Shown in pieces: positions 53,574 to 64,000 of a stretch of DNA of 64,000 bases. Each line of letters opens with the position of its first letter. Position 1 is the stretch's first letter. Below the pieces are notes generated by a model. That model did not search any database, was not told where the DNA came from, and was given only the letters and a program-made list of their open reading frames with translations. Origin of the DNA: Candidatus Sulfomarinibacteraceae bacterium (lineage in GTDB: Bacteria; Acidobacteriota; Thermoanaerobaculia; Thermoanaerobaculales; Sulfomarinibacteraceae); NCBI GenBank assembly GCA_963796455.1, contig CAWCLO010000006.1, positions 1 through 64,000 on the forward strand. The letters are read 5' to 3'. The translations under genes were made by a program, and so were the position numbers.

Positions 53574-55882
53574 TACCCATGATCGATACTGCTCAGATCG
53601 AAGACATCGCCCGCGAGCAATGGAATATCGAGGCCCGGGCCCAGGCCTTGGCGGGCGAAGAGGATCGGAATTTCGTGCTTGTCACGAAAACGGGCGACCG
53701 TTGTGTGCTCAAGTTGTCGCGACCGGGGATGCGCCGGGAGGCCATCGAATGCCAGGTCGCGGCCCTCAACCATCTCGCCGAAGGTTCGTTGGCGGAGATG
53801 ATTCCAAGGGTGATCAATACGACCACGGGCGACGCGCTCTTCGAGGCTGACCTCGGCGACGGCCCGAGCTGGATTCGGCTGGTCACCTACCTCGACGGCT
53901 CGCCTCTGGTCAATCGCAGCGATCGCCCACCCCACTTTCTCGAAAACGTCGGAATGTCGCTGGCCCGGCTCGATCTCGCGCTGCGTGGTTTTGACCACCC
54001 GGGAACCCGTCGAGACATTCCGTGGGATATCGAGCGAACCTCCGAGCTCGCCACCCACGCAGAACACATCTCCGACATCTCGCGACGGAATTTGGTCGAA
54101 AAGCGCCTCGAGAACTTTGGCAGCTCCGTTCTGCCTTTGCTCGGCGGGTTTGACCGCGGTGTAATCCACAACGATGCCAACGACCACAATCTGCTGGTGC
54201 GCAACGGCAGCAACGGTCAAACGGAGCTGGTTGGTCTGATCGATTTCGGAGATATTCTCCACACCATCACGGTGGCCGAGCTGGCCATCGCCTGCGCCTA
54301 CTTGATGCTGGATCGCGAGGACCCGCTGGCCGACGCGTCGAGGGTGATCGCGGGCTACGATCGGGTGCGTCCGTTGGCACCGGGTGAACAGGCCCTGATC
54401 TGCGACCTGATCGCCGCCCGTCTCTGTACCTCGGTGCTCATGTCCGCCTACCGCCGCCACCACGACCCCGACAACGAGTATCTCCAGATCTCGGCGCAAC
54501 CGGTATGGCGGCTCCTGGAGCGGCTGGAAGCGATCGACCCGGGACGCGCCCGCGACCGGCTCGTGGAGGGCTGCAAAGCCACCCGGGCTCCGATCCGCAC
54601 GAACGATGAGATCGTTGAACTGAGGCGCCGTCACGTCGGCCGCAACCTCAGCGTGGCATATTCGGAACCATTGAAAATCGTCCGAGGCGAAGGTCAATAC
54701 CTTTATGACGAGCACGGGCGCCGCTATCTCGATCTGGTCAACAACGTCTGCCATGTCGGTCACTGCCAGCCGCAGGTGGTTGCGGCAGCCCAGCGCCAGA
54801 TGGCCGAACTCAATACCAACACCCGCTATCTGCACGACAATCTGGCGGAATACGCACTTCGACTGACAGCCACCTTTCCCGAGCCCTTGAGCGTCTGCTT
54901 TTTTGTCTGCACCGGTACCGAAGCCAACGACCTCGCCCTCCGGCTCGCCAGGGCTCACACCGGATCGAAAGAGATCCTCGTCCTCGATCACGCGTATCAC
55001 GGCCATTCGCCCTCATTGGTGGAGATCTCACCCTACAAATGCGAGGGGCCCGGTGGCGAAGGGCTTGCCGACCACGCCCACAAGCTCGCCATGCCGGATC
55101 CCTATCGGGGCCCCCACCGCGGCCCGGACGCCGGGGCCCTCTATGCAGGCGACGTACGAAAGACCATTGAGAGGTTCACGACTTCGGGTCGGGCCCCTGC
55201 TTCCTTGCTGGCCGAATCACTGATCGGTTGTGGCGGCCAGGTCATCCCCGCCAAAGGATTTCTGTCCGGCGCATCGGAGGCTGTCCGCGCCGCCGGCGGC
55301 ATGTATATCGCGGACGAGGTCCAGGTCGGATTCGGTCGCGTCGGCACACATTTCTGGGCCTTCGAATCCCAGGGCGTGGTTCCCGACATCGTCACCCTCG
55401 GCAAACCCATCGGCAACGGCCACCCGATGGCTGCGGTCATCACGACGCCCGACATCGCAGATTCCTTTGCCACCGGGATGGAGTACTTCAACACCTTCGG
55501 CGGCAACCCGGTTTCCTGTGCCGTTGGTCTCGCAGTGCTCGATGTCATCGAGGCGGAAGGATTGCAGGATCACGCGCTCGAGGCCGGCACCGGGCTGCTC
55601 GAGGGAGCGCGTGAGCTCCAGACCCGCCACCGGCTGATCGGCGACGTCCGCGGCCTCGGCCTCTTCTCCGGCATCGAGTTGGTACGCGACCACGAGACCC
55701 TCGAAGCCGCCGCCAGCGAGGCCTCGCAGGTGATCGACGAGATGAAAGCACGCGGTTTCCTGCTCTCCACCGACGGACCGCTCCACAACGTGCTCAAGAT
55801 CAAACCGCCGATGGTGATCACGAAGCAGGATGTGGACGAGACCCTCGAGGCTCTCGATGAGGTGTTGACCCTGGTCGAATGA
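53570..55882 (+). CDS. APH-like kinase + class III aminotransferase fusion (hydroxylysine kinase / phospho-lyase type)
   Basis: IHNDANDHN and [51 protein letters not shown]. Confidence 0.85.
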   Translation: MIPMIDTAQIEDIAREQWNIEARAQALAGEEDRNFVLVTKTGDRCVLKLSRPGMRREAIECQVAALNHLAEGSLAEMIPRVINTTTGDALFEADLGDGPSWIRLVTYLDGSPLVNRSDRPPHFLENVGMSLARLDLALRGFDHPGTRRDIPWDIERTSELATHAEHISDISRRNLVEKRLENFGSSVLPLLGGFDRGVIHNDANDHNLLVRNGSNGQTELVGLIDFGDILHTITVAELAIACAYLMLDREDPLADASRVIAGYDRVRPLAPGEQALICDLIAARLCTSVLMSAYRRHHDPDNEYLQISAQPVWRLLERLEAIDPGRARDRLVEGCKATRAPIRTNDEIVELRRRHVGRNLSVAYSEPLKIVRGEGQYLYDEHGRRYLDLVNNVCHVGHCQPQVVAAAQRQMAELNTNTRYLHDNLAEYALRLTATFPEPLSVCFFVCTGTEANDLALRLARAHTGSKEILVLDHAYHGHSPSLVEISPYKCEGPGGEGLADHAHKLAMPDPYRGPHRGPDAGALYAGDVRKTIERFTTSGRAPASLLAESLIGCGGQVIPAKGFLSGASEAVRAAGGMYIADEVQVGFGRVGTHFWAFESQGVVPDIVTLGKPIGNGHPMAAVITTPDIADSFATGMEYFNTFGGNPVSCAVGLAVLDVIEAEGLQDHALEAGTGLLEGARELQTRHRLIGDVRGLGLFSGIELVRDHETLEAAASEASQVIDEMKARGFLLSTDGPLHNVLKIKPPMVITKQDVDETLEALDEVLTLVE

Positions 55883-57298
55883 CTAGCTCGCGCCCTCGGC
55901 CTCCTTGTCGAGGGGAACCATCGAAAAACCGGTGAATCCGTAGATGATCGAGATGAGCGGGTTGAGGAGATTGAGGAAACAATACGGAACGTAGGCCCAC
56001 GGAGTGAGGCCAAGAGTGGCGATCATGAAAGCTCCGCAGGTGTTCCATGGAATGAGAACAGACGTCAGGGTGGCGGAATCCTCCAGCGTCCGGGACAGGT
56101 TTTTGGGCGCGAGACCCTGCTTTTCGTATGCCTCCTTGTACATCCTCCCCGGCACCACGATCGCGAGATACTGATCCGAGGCGAGCACATTCATACCGAT
56201 GCAGGTGCCCACGGTGGAGGTCACGAGACCACCGGTTCCATGGGCCAGCTTGAGAATGGAGCCAGCTATGGACTCCAACATGCGCGACCGCTCCATCACT
56301 CCACCGAATGCCAGGGCGCAGATGATCAGCGCGATCGTCGAGAACATGGATGCCAAACCGCCGCGCGAGAGCAGCCCATCCACCAGATCGCTCCCGGTGT
56401 CCGCAGTCACTCCGGAGTAGGAAGCACTGAGCACCTCTCCAGCGGAGAGACCCTGGACGGCCATCGCCACGAACGCCCCGACGATCGCACCACCGAGCAA
56501 TGCGGGTAGTGCCGGGATGCGCAGGATGACCATCACGATCACGAAGACAGGCGCCAGCATCAACAGTGGATGGATCGAGTAGGTGCTTTCGATGGCGTTG
56601 CGGATTGTATCCACCTGGGCCGTATCGATTTCTCCACTCCGTCCGATCCCGAGAATCGAGAAGATCACCAATGAGATGATCAGACTCGGTCCGGTGGTCA
56701 GGGCCATGTGCCGGATGTGGTCGAAAAGATCGGCACCGGCCACCGCCGGCGCCAGGTTCGTGGTATCCGACAGAGGCGACATCTTGTCGCCGAAATAGGC
56801 GCCCGAGATGATGGCTCCAGCCACCATGGCTCGCGGAACCCCGAGACCCTCGCCCACACCGATCAACGCGATGCCGACCGTCGCGGCGGTGGACCAGGAC
56901 GAACCGGTGGCCAAGGAAACGAGAGCACAAATCAGGCAGGCCGCGGCCAGAAAGACGCTCGGGGTCAACATGTCGAGCCCATAGGCCACCATGGCCGGGA
57001 CGATGCCGGCCTGGATCCACGAGGCAACCAGCATCCCGATCACCAGGAGAATGAGAATCGCACCCATGGCCAGGGAGATTCCCTTCACCATTCCGCGCTC
57101 GATCTCTTTCCACGAGTAACCCCGTGCCATCGCGATTGCTGCCGCCACGACCGTCGACAAAACCAGCGGCACATGGGTGGTCAGTTCGAGATCGGCAAAA
57201 TGAACCAGCGAGACCCACAGGGCACCCACCAGGAACACGACAGGCACCATTGCCACATACAAAGGTGGGACTGGTCGCGACCTTGTCTTTTCACTCAT
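55883..57298 (-). CDS. nhaC: NhaC-family antiporter
   Basis: [40 protein letters not shown]. Confidence 0.88.
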   Translation of the reverse strand: MSEKTRSRPVPPLYVAMVPVVFLVGALWVSLVHFADLELTTHVPLVLSTVVAAAIAMARGYSWKEIERGMVKGISLAMGAILILLVIGMLVASWIQAGIVPAMVAYGLDMLTPSVFLAAACLICALVSLATGSSWSTAATVGIALIGVGEGLGVPRAMVAGAIISGAYFGDKMSPLSDTTNLAPAVAGADLFDHIRHMALTTGPSLIISLVIFSILGIGRSGEIDTAQVDTIRNAIESTYSIHPLLMLAPVFVIVMVILRIPALPALLGGAIVGAFVAMAVQGLSAGEVLSASYSGVTADTGSDLVDGLLSRGGLASMFSTIALIICALAFGGVMERSRMLESIAGSILKLAHGTGGLVTSTVGTCIGMNVLASDQYLAIVVPGRMYKEAYEKQGLAPKNLSRTLEDSATLTSVLIPWNTCGAFMIATLGLTPWAYVPYCFLNLLNPLISIIYGFTGFSMVPLDKEAEGAS

Positions 57299-57449
57299 GC
57301 ATCACACCTCACCTCATTTGCCGCCACCAGACCCTGCGCGGCGGCGCTTCGGTTGACCAACCTACAGTGATCCACTTCCCGGGGCAAAAAATTCTCGGAT
57401 CCGAGCTCATTTTTCGGGCCGGGGCAATGATGAACCTCCGCAATGGTTG

Positions 57450-58853
57450 TCACGATCCGGTTGCGGTATCCGGTCTCTTTTGGTGGTGCCACCACAGGTA
57501 GGCCGGCACACCCGCACCGATCAACACCAGACCGATCAGTGACTCAATCGGTTTTTCGACGAGGGTGTTCACCAGCAACAGGACCGACGCCAGTATGAAG
57601 AGGAGAGGCACCCACGGGTATCCAATGACTTTGTAAGGCCGTTCCATATCCGGCAGTCTCCGACGCAGAACGATCACTGCCCCAGCGGTTGCGACGTGAA
57701 AGAGCAAACCACCAAAAACCACATAGGTGTAGATCTGTTCGTAGCTCCCCGACAGGGTAAGAACAATAGCCCACAGACTCTGAGCCCAGAGGCTCCGTCC
57801 AGGCGTGTGGTATCGGGGGTGGACCGCTCCCAGACCACGGAAGAACACACCATCGCGCGACATGGCGAGATAGATTCTCGGGCTGTAGAGGATGGTCGCC
57901 GCCAGACAGCCGAAGGTGGACACCAGAATGGCGAAGGACATGACTCTTCCCCCGCCGTCGCCGAAGAGTGCTGCGGCAGCCGTTTCTCCGATCCGTGGTG
58001 TTGCGGCGATCACGTCGAGCGGCAGGGCGACGAAGTACACGAGGTTGATCAGCGCGTAGAGGACCATCACGATGACCGTTCCCCAGACCAACCCGAACGG
58101 GAGGGTGCGTCGCGGATCTCGCATTTCGCCGGCCGAAAAGGTCGCCCCATACCAGCCGTCGTAGGTCCAGAGCGCGGCGATCATGCCGATTCCCACCGCT
58201 GCAAAAAGGTTGTTATCCGGCAAGGGCGCGATGATGGAAGCCGACACCGGCTTGTCGACAAAAAAGGCCAGAACCACAAAGGCGATGATGGATCCGATCC
58301 TGAACACCGTAAGAAAATTCTGCACCGCGGCGCCTTCGCGCAGACCGATGTAGTTGACCGCGGTGAGAATCAGGATCGCCAGCGCACCGGCGACCTGGCC
58401 GCCGGAGACCGACCAACTCCAGCCGCCGAGAGGAAGCGTCAACAAAATGTTACCGGTTGAGAACATGGGGATGAAACTCCCCAGGTACTCACCGAAAGCA
58501 ACCGCCACTGCAGCGATGCCCCCCGACATGATGACCAGGAAACATGCCCAGCCAAAGAGGAACCCCCAGAACGTTCCGTAAGCCTCTTTGAGATAGTGGT
58601 ACATACCGCCCGCACGGGGATAGAGCGCTCCCAGCTCGGCGTAGGTGAGGGCACCGGCCAGAGTCAGGAATCCGCCCAGCGTCCACACCAACAGGATCAT
58701 CCCTTCGTGGGGCAGGACCCGCGCCATGTCGGCGGTCGTTATGAAGATCCCGGTGCCGATCACCGCACCGACGGTGAGGAGGGTGGCATCCCAACGACCG
58801 AGCCCCCGGACGAGGCCGTCCGAGCTCAGCGAGCCTTCAGGTGGCTGTTTCAT
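57450..58853 (-). CDS. APC amino acid permease
   Basis: VIGTGIF, YAELGALYPRAGGMY, YDGW, RPYKVIGYP. Confidence 0.9.
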   Translation of the reverse strand: MKQPPEGSLSSDGLVRGLGRWDATLLTVGAVIGTGIFITTADMARVLPHEGMILLVWTLGGFLTLAGALTYAELGALYPRAGGMYHYLKEAYGTFWGFLFGWACFLVIMSGGIAAVAVAFGEYLGSFIPMFSTGNILLTLPLGGWSWSVSGGQVAGALAILILTAVNYIGLREGAAVQNFLTVFRIGSIIAFVVLAFFVDKPVSASIIAPLPDNNLFAAVGIGMIAALWTYDGWYGATFSAGEMRDPRRTLPFGLVWGTVIVMVLYALINLVYFVALPLDVIAATPRIGETAAAALFGDGGGRVMSFAILVSTFGCLAATILYSPRIYLAMSRDGVFFRGLGAVHPRYHTPGRSLWAQSLWAIVLTLSGSYEQIYTYVVFGGLLFHVATAGAVIVLRRRLPDMERPYKVIGYPWVPLLFILASVLLLVNTLVEKPIESLIGLVLIGAGVPAYLWWHHQKRPDTATGS

Positions 58854-59125
58854 AAACCGCTTTTTGGCCCTTCATCGTTTGCCACATATTCGTCGGACGA
58901 TCTGATGCGGCTCATCGGTGTCCTCCTGCACAAGACGCGGCGCATGACTTCATTCGAGAGATTTGAGTTGATCCTCGCGGAAGAGAATACCAGCAGCAGC
59001 CATAGTCCCCTTTCCACCTTTTCAGAACACAAACCGTCACCCATACGTTCGACTTCTTGGGAGATGGCCTGATTCCACTTCGGAGAAAACGGATTGAAGC
59101 GATCGGGCCATTCTCGCCGCTTCGA

Positions 59126-60109
59126 TCAGCCCATCAGGTTGATTTCGGCGCCGATACCCTTTTCCAGCGCTCGTTCGTAAACAAGCTGTGCCGAGGCGAT
59201 GTCCTCGATTGCCAGACCGAGGGATCGGAAGATCGTGATTTCGGTTTCGGAGGTCCTTCCGGGGTGGTCGGCGTTCAGGACCTCGCCGATTTCCGGGACG
59301 ACGAGACCAGCGGGAATGAGACCGGCCTCGATGGCCGCGATAAACTCGCCCGCTTCGTTGGCTAGGGATTCGCGCCGATCGGTGAAGAGAGTCACCAGAG
59401 GCACGACCCGCGGATCGATCTCCTGGTACGACGGAATCGATGCTCCGACCGCGTTGATGTGCATTCCGGGTTCCAGCATCTCGGCAAAAAAAATCGGTTC
59501 GCGGGCCGAGGTCGTCGTGCAGACGATATCCGCGCCGGCAACCGCCTCTGCTTTGTCGGTCACCACCTCGATCGGGATCCCATGATGTTTCGAAAGTTCA
59601 CCGGCTGCCTCTGTCGTGCTTTCCGCGCTTCGGCCCCACATCCGGACCCGTTGAATCGGCCGCACCGTGAGCATGGCTTCGATATGCGACCGCGCTTGCG
59701 TCCCGGCTCCGAGAACGGCGAGAGAGGATGCGTCCGACCGGGCCAGGCGATCGGTGGCGATCGCCGAGACCGCCGCTGTGCGAACGGCTGTGATGGCACC
59801 GGCTTCGCACAGGGCCACGGGCGAGCCGTTGGCCGGATCGAAGATCAGGACTCCTCCTTGGTGGGAGTCGACTCCCAGTTCGCGTGGGTTTTCGACGACG
59901 CTGAGGACCTTGATACCAAACGGCCGACCCGATGCGAGCGAACCCGGCATCCAGGCAAGAACCCCACTACGGTCGGGTAGCAGCGCGCCATCCCGCAAGG
60001 GCTGCAAGCCCTCGCCCCAGCTCAGGGCGGCCAAAGCATCGGCGACGACTTTCATGCAATCCTCCATTGAGAGTAGGTTGCGGACCTGCGTGTGATTGAG
60101 GATCAACAT
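59126..60109 (-). CDS. ornithine cyclodeaminase / mu-crystallin family protein
   Basis: ITAVRTAAVS, LGAGTQA, GMHINAVG, FRSLGLAIED. Confidence 0.9.
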   Translation of the reverse strand: MLILNHTQVRNLLSMEDCMKVVADALAALSWGEGLQPLRDGALLPDRSGVLAWMPGSLASGRPFGIKVLSVVENPRELGVDSHQGGVLIFDPANGSPVALCEAGAITAVRTAAVSAIATDRLARSDASSLAVLGAGTQARSHIEAMLTVRPIQRVRMWGRSAESTTEAAGELSKHHGIPIEVVTDKAEAVAGADIVCTTTSAREPIFFAEMLEPGMHINAVGASIPSYQEIDPRVVPLVTLFTDRRESLANEAGEFIAAIEAGLIPAGLVVPEIGEVLNADHPGRTSETEITIFRSLGLAIEDIASAQLVYERALEKGIGAEINLMG

Positions 60110-60225
60110 GATTCGGCCTCCAATTCACAAGATACTCCTGCGCCGCAAAAACACCGAAGGATTCTCGACGACGGGCGACACCTACAAACTGCGATAGAAT
60201 CCCGAATCCGGAGAGAGGCGGGGTC

Positions 60226-62190
60226 ATGTGCGGTCTGGTCGGCATTCTGGGGTGCAGAGGTCCTGACGAAGAACGTCGGGAGCTGGTGCACGCGATGGCG
60301 GAGACCATGGTCCACCGCGGCCCCGACGGCGAGGGCTATGTCGCACCGGAGGATTGCGCACTCGGTTTTCGCCGCCTCGCCATCATCGATGTCGCGGCCG
60401 AGTCGCCGCCATTTCCCAACGAGGATCGATCCATCTGGTCGATCTGCAACGGCCAGATCTACAACGCCCCCGATCTCTTCCAGTTCCTCGAAAGCAAGGG
60501 CCACACCCTGCGTACGAAGACAGACACCGAGGCGATCCCCCACCTCTACGAGGAATACGGTGCCGATCTGGTCGGACACCTGAACGGAATGTTCGCCTTT
60601 GCCGTCTGGGACGAGAATCGTAAACGTCTGCTCCTGGCCCGCGACCGCGCGGGAGAGAAACCGCTCTTTTACTGGACCGATGGCGAGGAACTCGTATTTG
60701 CCTCGGATCTCCGCGCCTTTCTGGTCCATCCCCGGATCAAAAAGGCGCTCGACCCGATCGCCCTGCGCAGGTATTTGTCCCACGATTATTTTCCGGCCCC
60801 GCTGAGCCCGCTTGCGGGTGTGCGCAAGCTGCCCGCCGGCCACCTGTTGATAGCTGAGGACTGCAAGGTCACCGTCAAACAGTATTGGGACCTCGCGGAT
60901 TATTTCGTGCAACCCGATCTCGCGCGCCGCCGCACCGATGATCTTGCCGAGGAGCTCGACCATTTGATGGCGCAGGCGGTCCGCCGCCGCAGCCGTTCCG
61001 ATGTGCCCTTCGGGCTCTTCCTGTCCGGCGGTATCGACTCGTCGGCCGTCCTGTCCCACCTGGCCGAACAACAGGGCGATGGGGTGCCGGTCTTCTCGAT
61101 CGGTCATACCGACAAGGGATTCGACGAGGCGAGCATGGCCGAAGTCACGGCGCGGTATTTCAAGGCCGACTTCAATCAGCTCATCCTCGACGAGAGCCAT
61201 CTCGCCGACGGCCTGCGCCGGGTCGGCCCGGGCCTCGGTGAACCACTGGGCGATGCCTCCACGATCCCCAGCCATCTCCTCGCTCTCTTCGCCCGGAAAA
61301 AGGTCAAGGTGATTCTTTCCGGTGAGGGCGCCGATGAGCTCTTTGCCGGGTATCCGACCTATCTCGGGAATCGCGTCGCAGAAATCTACAACCGGGTGCC
61401 TCGACCGATTCGCAACGCCATGGTCAAAACAGCGCTCAAGCTGACTCCGGTCTCCATGGGTAACGTGGGGCTCGACTACCTTCTGAGTCGATTCGCCGCC
61501 GCCGCCGAAAAGGACCTGGTGGAGCGCCACCATACCTGGTTCGGCTCCTACTCACCGGGGCGACAACAACAGATCCTGGCACCAGCGGTCATTGCGGCGC
61601 TGGCGGACGATGATCCCTTCGGTTCGGCACGAGCGCAGCTCGAGGGGCGTGATCTCCCCGACAGCCTGTCCAAACTCCTTTACATGGATTTCACCATGTA
61701 TCTCCAGGACGACCTGCTGACCAAGGTCGATCGCGCCACCATGCTGGCCTCCCTGGAGGCGCGCGCGCCATTCCTCGATCACGATCTCACCCAATTCGCG
61801 GCCGGTTTGCCATCGAGCCTCAAACTCCGCGGCATGACCACCAAGGACATCCTGCGCCGGGCCGTCAAACATCGGCTGCCGGCGGATGTTTTGAAGCGCC
61901 GCAAGCGAGGTTTCAACATCCCCTTCTCGAAATGGTTGTTGCACGGGCTCGGCGACGAATTCAAACGGCGATTCTCCGCCGAGAAGGTGGAGGCGCGCGG
62001 TCTCTTCAACCCTGAAGGAGTGACTCACCTGATCGAAGATCACCTTTCCGGTCAGACCGATCACCGCAAACCGCTTTTCACCCTCCTCGCCTTTGATATG
62101 TGGTGCGATGCCACCTTTGGCGAAGGGGTCAAGATCCCCGTCGATTCCGGCAACGCAGGCGCCTTTGGCGCCGAAGAGGTGGTCCCATGA
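60226..62190 (+). CDS. asnB: asparagine synthase (glutamine-hydrolysing) family amidotransferase
   Basis: MCGLVG, HRGPDG, LSGGIDSS, LSGEGADELFAGY, LEARAPFLD. Confidence 0.92.
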   Translation: MCGLVGILGCRGPDEERRELVHAMAETMVHRGPDGEGYVAPEDCALGFRRLAIIDVAAESPPFPNEDRSIWSICNGQIYNAPDLFQFLESKGHTLRTKTDTEAIPHLYEEYGADLVGHLNGMFAFAVWDENRKRLLLARDRAGEKPLFYWTDGEELVFASDLRAFLVHPRIKKALDPIALRRYLSHDYFPAPLSPLAGVRKLPAGHLLIAEDCKVTVKQYWDLADYFVQPDLARRRTDDLAEELDHLMAQAVRRRSRSDVPFGLFLSGGIDSSAVLSHLAEQQGDGVPVFSIGHTDKGFDEASMAEVTARYFKADFNQLILDESHLADGLRRVGPGLGEPLGDASTIPSHLLALFARKKVKVILSGEGADELFAGYPTYLGNRVAEIYNRVPRPIRNAMVKTALKLTPVSMGNVGLDYLLSRFAAAAEKDLVERHHTWFGSYSPGRQQQILAPAVIAALADDDPFGSARAQLEGRDLPDSLSKLLYMDFTMYLQDDLLTKVDRATMLASLEARAPFLDHDLTQFAAGLPSSLKLRGMTTKDILRRAVKHRLPADVLKRRKRGFNIPFSKWLLHGLGDEFKRRFSAEKVEARGLFNPEGVTHLIEDHLSGQTDHRKPLFTLLAFDMWCDATFGEGVKIPVDSGNAGAFGAEEVVP

Positions 62191-63833
62191 AGTGGTCGCG
62201 CATTGTCATCCTTGTGGCCGCCGTCCTCTTCGTTATCAATATCTGGGGCTACGATTTGTGGGCCCCGGACGAGCCGCAACACGCAGAGGGCGCACGGGAG
62301 ATGTGGGTCGATGGGCACCCCTTCGTCACCCACCTCAACGGCGAGATCAACGACGACAAACCACCGCTGTTTTTCTGGCTGATCATTCTTTTTTCGATAC
62401 CTTTCGGAGAGATCTCGGCGTTCACCACACGGTTGCCATCGGTGCTGGCGGCACTCGGGACTGTCTGGCTGACCCTGCGAATGGGGCGCCGAATGGCCTC
62501 CGAACGAACCGCCGTTCTGGCTGCCTTCATTCTTGCCACCTTGCTGATGTTCTGGGAACGGGCGCGGATGGCACAGATCGATATGGTGCTGTGTTTTTTG
62601 ATCTGGGTCGCGCTGTCGGCCTTCGAGCAGTGGCGGGCCGGAGATGCCGACGGTCGCCGGGCGGGTCTGCTCTTCTGGGCCGCCCTCGGGCTCTCGGTCC
62701 TCGCCAAATGGCCGGTCGGGCTCGCCATCGCCATGGCCATCGTCTTCTTCACCCTGCTCTGGGACCGCCAGTTGCTGAAGGGCTTCGAATTCGCACCTTT
62801 CCTCGGAACTTTCGTGGTGATCGCCATATTCGGCGCCTGGGCTGTGGCTGCGACACTCTGGGGACCCGAGGGCTACTCGTTTCTGGAGGCCTTCTACCGC
62901 CATTTCTTCGAACGGGCGGTGGCGGGTTATCACCATCCGCAACCGTGGTGGTACTACGCCAAGGTCCTCCCACCCCAGCTCATCCCGTGGACCTTCGTGG
63001 TTCCCGGAGCGATGGTCCTGGCATTCCGGAGGCGCGACCGCGAGGACCGCTTTCTGCTGGTTGCCATTCTCTTCGTGCTGGTTCTCTTCACCCTGTCGAC
63101 CGAAAAGCGGACCCTCTATGTCCTGCCCACCTTTCCGGCCTTTGCCTTGCTGACGGCCCGTTTTCTCGGCGCCGCATTCGGTTGGGAGGAAGCACCGGCG
63201 TTTTCGAAACGGTGGATCACGATCGGTCAGGCATTTTTTGGAGTGTTGTTGATCGTTCTCGGGCTGGCGATCCCATTTGCGTCCGACCGGGTCGAGATCG
63301 GCAATTTCCCCCTCTGGATGTTCTGGGGCCTCGGTCTTCTTCTGATGACCGGCGGCGTCGCCGCCCTGGCCGGAGTGCTGCGAAAAGATCTGAAGACGGC
63401 CGTCCTCGCTCCGGCCGTCACCATCGCTTTGGTCTATGTCTTCATCGCCACGGTCGTCAACCCGGCCGCCAACCATTTCAAATCGGGCAAGGCCATGGGT
63501 CTGGCCATCAAGGAGCACACCGCCGATTCACGGGCAGCGGGCCACGATGTCTATGCAGTGGGAATTCGAAATCTCTACATGCCCTTCAACTTCTACTCCG
63601 GTGGGGTCTACTTCGTTCGCATTGAAAAGGTGAAAGACCCTGAGATCGACGAACTCGGCGAGCTGGTCAAGCACTTCGATCAGGAGGCGCGGGTCTTTGC
63701 GGTGACGGACACCACGATTCTGGAGAGTCTCCCGAAAGACATGCGGCAGAGTGTGGAAGTGGTCTACACCCACCGCGGCAGCAGGAAAGATGTCGTGCTC
63801 GTGGCCAACCGACCCGATCTCGAATCTCCGTAG
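62187..63833 (+). CDS. ArnT/GT39-like glycosyltransferase
   Basis: PDEPQHAEGAREM, DKPPLFFW, RLPS, HPQPWWYY, multi-TM. Confidence 0.88.
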   Translation: MKWSRIVILVAAVLFVINIWGYDLWAPDEPQHAEGAREMWVDGHPFVTHLNGEINDDKPPLFFWLIILFSIPFGEISAFTTRLPSVLAALGTVWLTLRMGRRMASERTAVLAAFILATLLMFWERARMAQIDMVLCFLIWVALSAFEQWRAGDADGRRAGLLFWAALGLSVLAKWPVGLAIAMAIVFFTLLWDRQLLKGFEFAPFLGTFVVIAIFGAWAVAATLWGPEGYSFLEAFYRHFFERAVAGYHHPQPWWYYAKVLPPQLIPWTFVVPGAMVLAFRRRDREDRFLLVAILFVLVLFTLSTEKRTLYVLPTFPAFALLTARFLGAAFGWEEAPAFSKRWITIGQAFFGVLLIVLGLAIPFASDRVEIGNFPLWMFWGLGLLLMTGGVAALAGVLRKDLKTAVLAPAVTIALVYVFIATVVNPAANHFKSGKAMGLAIKEHTADSRAAGHDVYAVGIRNLYMPFNFYSGGVYFVRIEKVKDPEIDELGELVKHFDQEARVFAVTDTTILESLPKDMRQSVEVVYTHRGSRKDVVLVANRPDLESP

Positions 63834-63839
63834 CCCTCG

Positions 63840-63994
63840 ATGTGTCGCCCCTCCGGGGCTTGTTTGGTGTTTGGCCTCGGTACCCGGGGCTGATGCCCCG
63901 GGCGATATGTCTGCCGCCGCTCTACGGCTCCACCAGGCGCGAAATCGTACGCCGTCCAACTCGCTATCGCTATCGCTATCGGAATCGCTATCGA
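63840..63994. repeat. REP-like hairpins followed by an (ATCGCT)n hexamer repeat
   Basis: GCCCCTCCGGGGC, CCCGGGGCTGATGCCCCGGG, TCGCTATCGCTATCGCTATCGGAATCGCTATCG. Confidence 0.65.
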
Positions 63995-64000
63995 AAAGCC

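Noticed and set aside
16319..63518. Long antisense ORFs (e.g. 16319..17677, 21728..23767, 25489..26949, 33405..34949, 53465..55006, 60103..61533, 62061..63518)
   Set aside because: Shadows of real genes in high-GC DNA, with no recognisable motifs.

Overview
GC-rich bacterial chromosomal window, probably Acidobacteriota (Thermoanaerobaculia-like, inferred from C-terminal FADGFESG motifs and a repeated lineage-typical secreted domain). Many genes carry single-base frameshifts that look like long-read indel errors. Positions 1-~19.8 kb form an accessory region anchored on the 3' end of a tRNA-Lys(TTT). It contains at least two more copies of that tRNA 3' half. Each copy is preceded at an identical 149-bp distance by paired TGGGACAC arm-type repeats and is split inside the T-loop by a related palindrome-rich insert. 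Two more degenerate junctions and a family of CTTCG/CTACG palindromes separate small cargo modules: TrmB regulator, DUF4336, FG-GAP, SnoaL, Kelch, two TA pairs, CPBP protease and an ene-reductase. No integrase is encoded in the window, so this reads as an integrase-less, tRNA-anchored tandem cassette array, the best candidate for a new system. The array also holds a DDE IS that duplicated a whole hairpin target, an unclassified IS-like ORF with Rep_trans-like motifs and an orphan IS91 oriIS. Further on are an ECF sigma/anti-sigma/TPR-CHAT/S8 protease operon, two GT-C glycosyltransferases between secreted proteins, and an IS91 + AbiE island. The rest is housekeeping and metabolic genes, including a glycosidase / divergent galactokinase / kinase-aminotransferase fusion operon that may catabolise glycosylated hydroxylysine.
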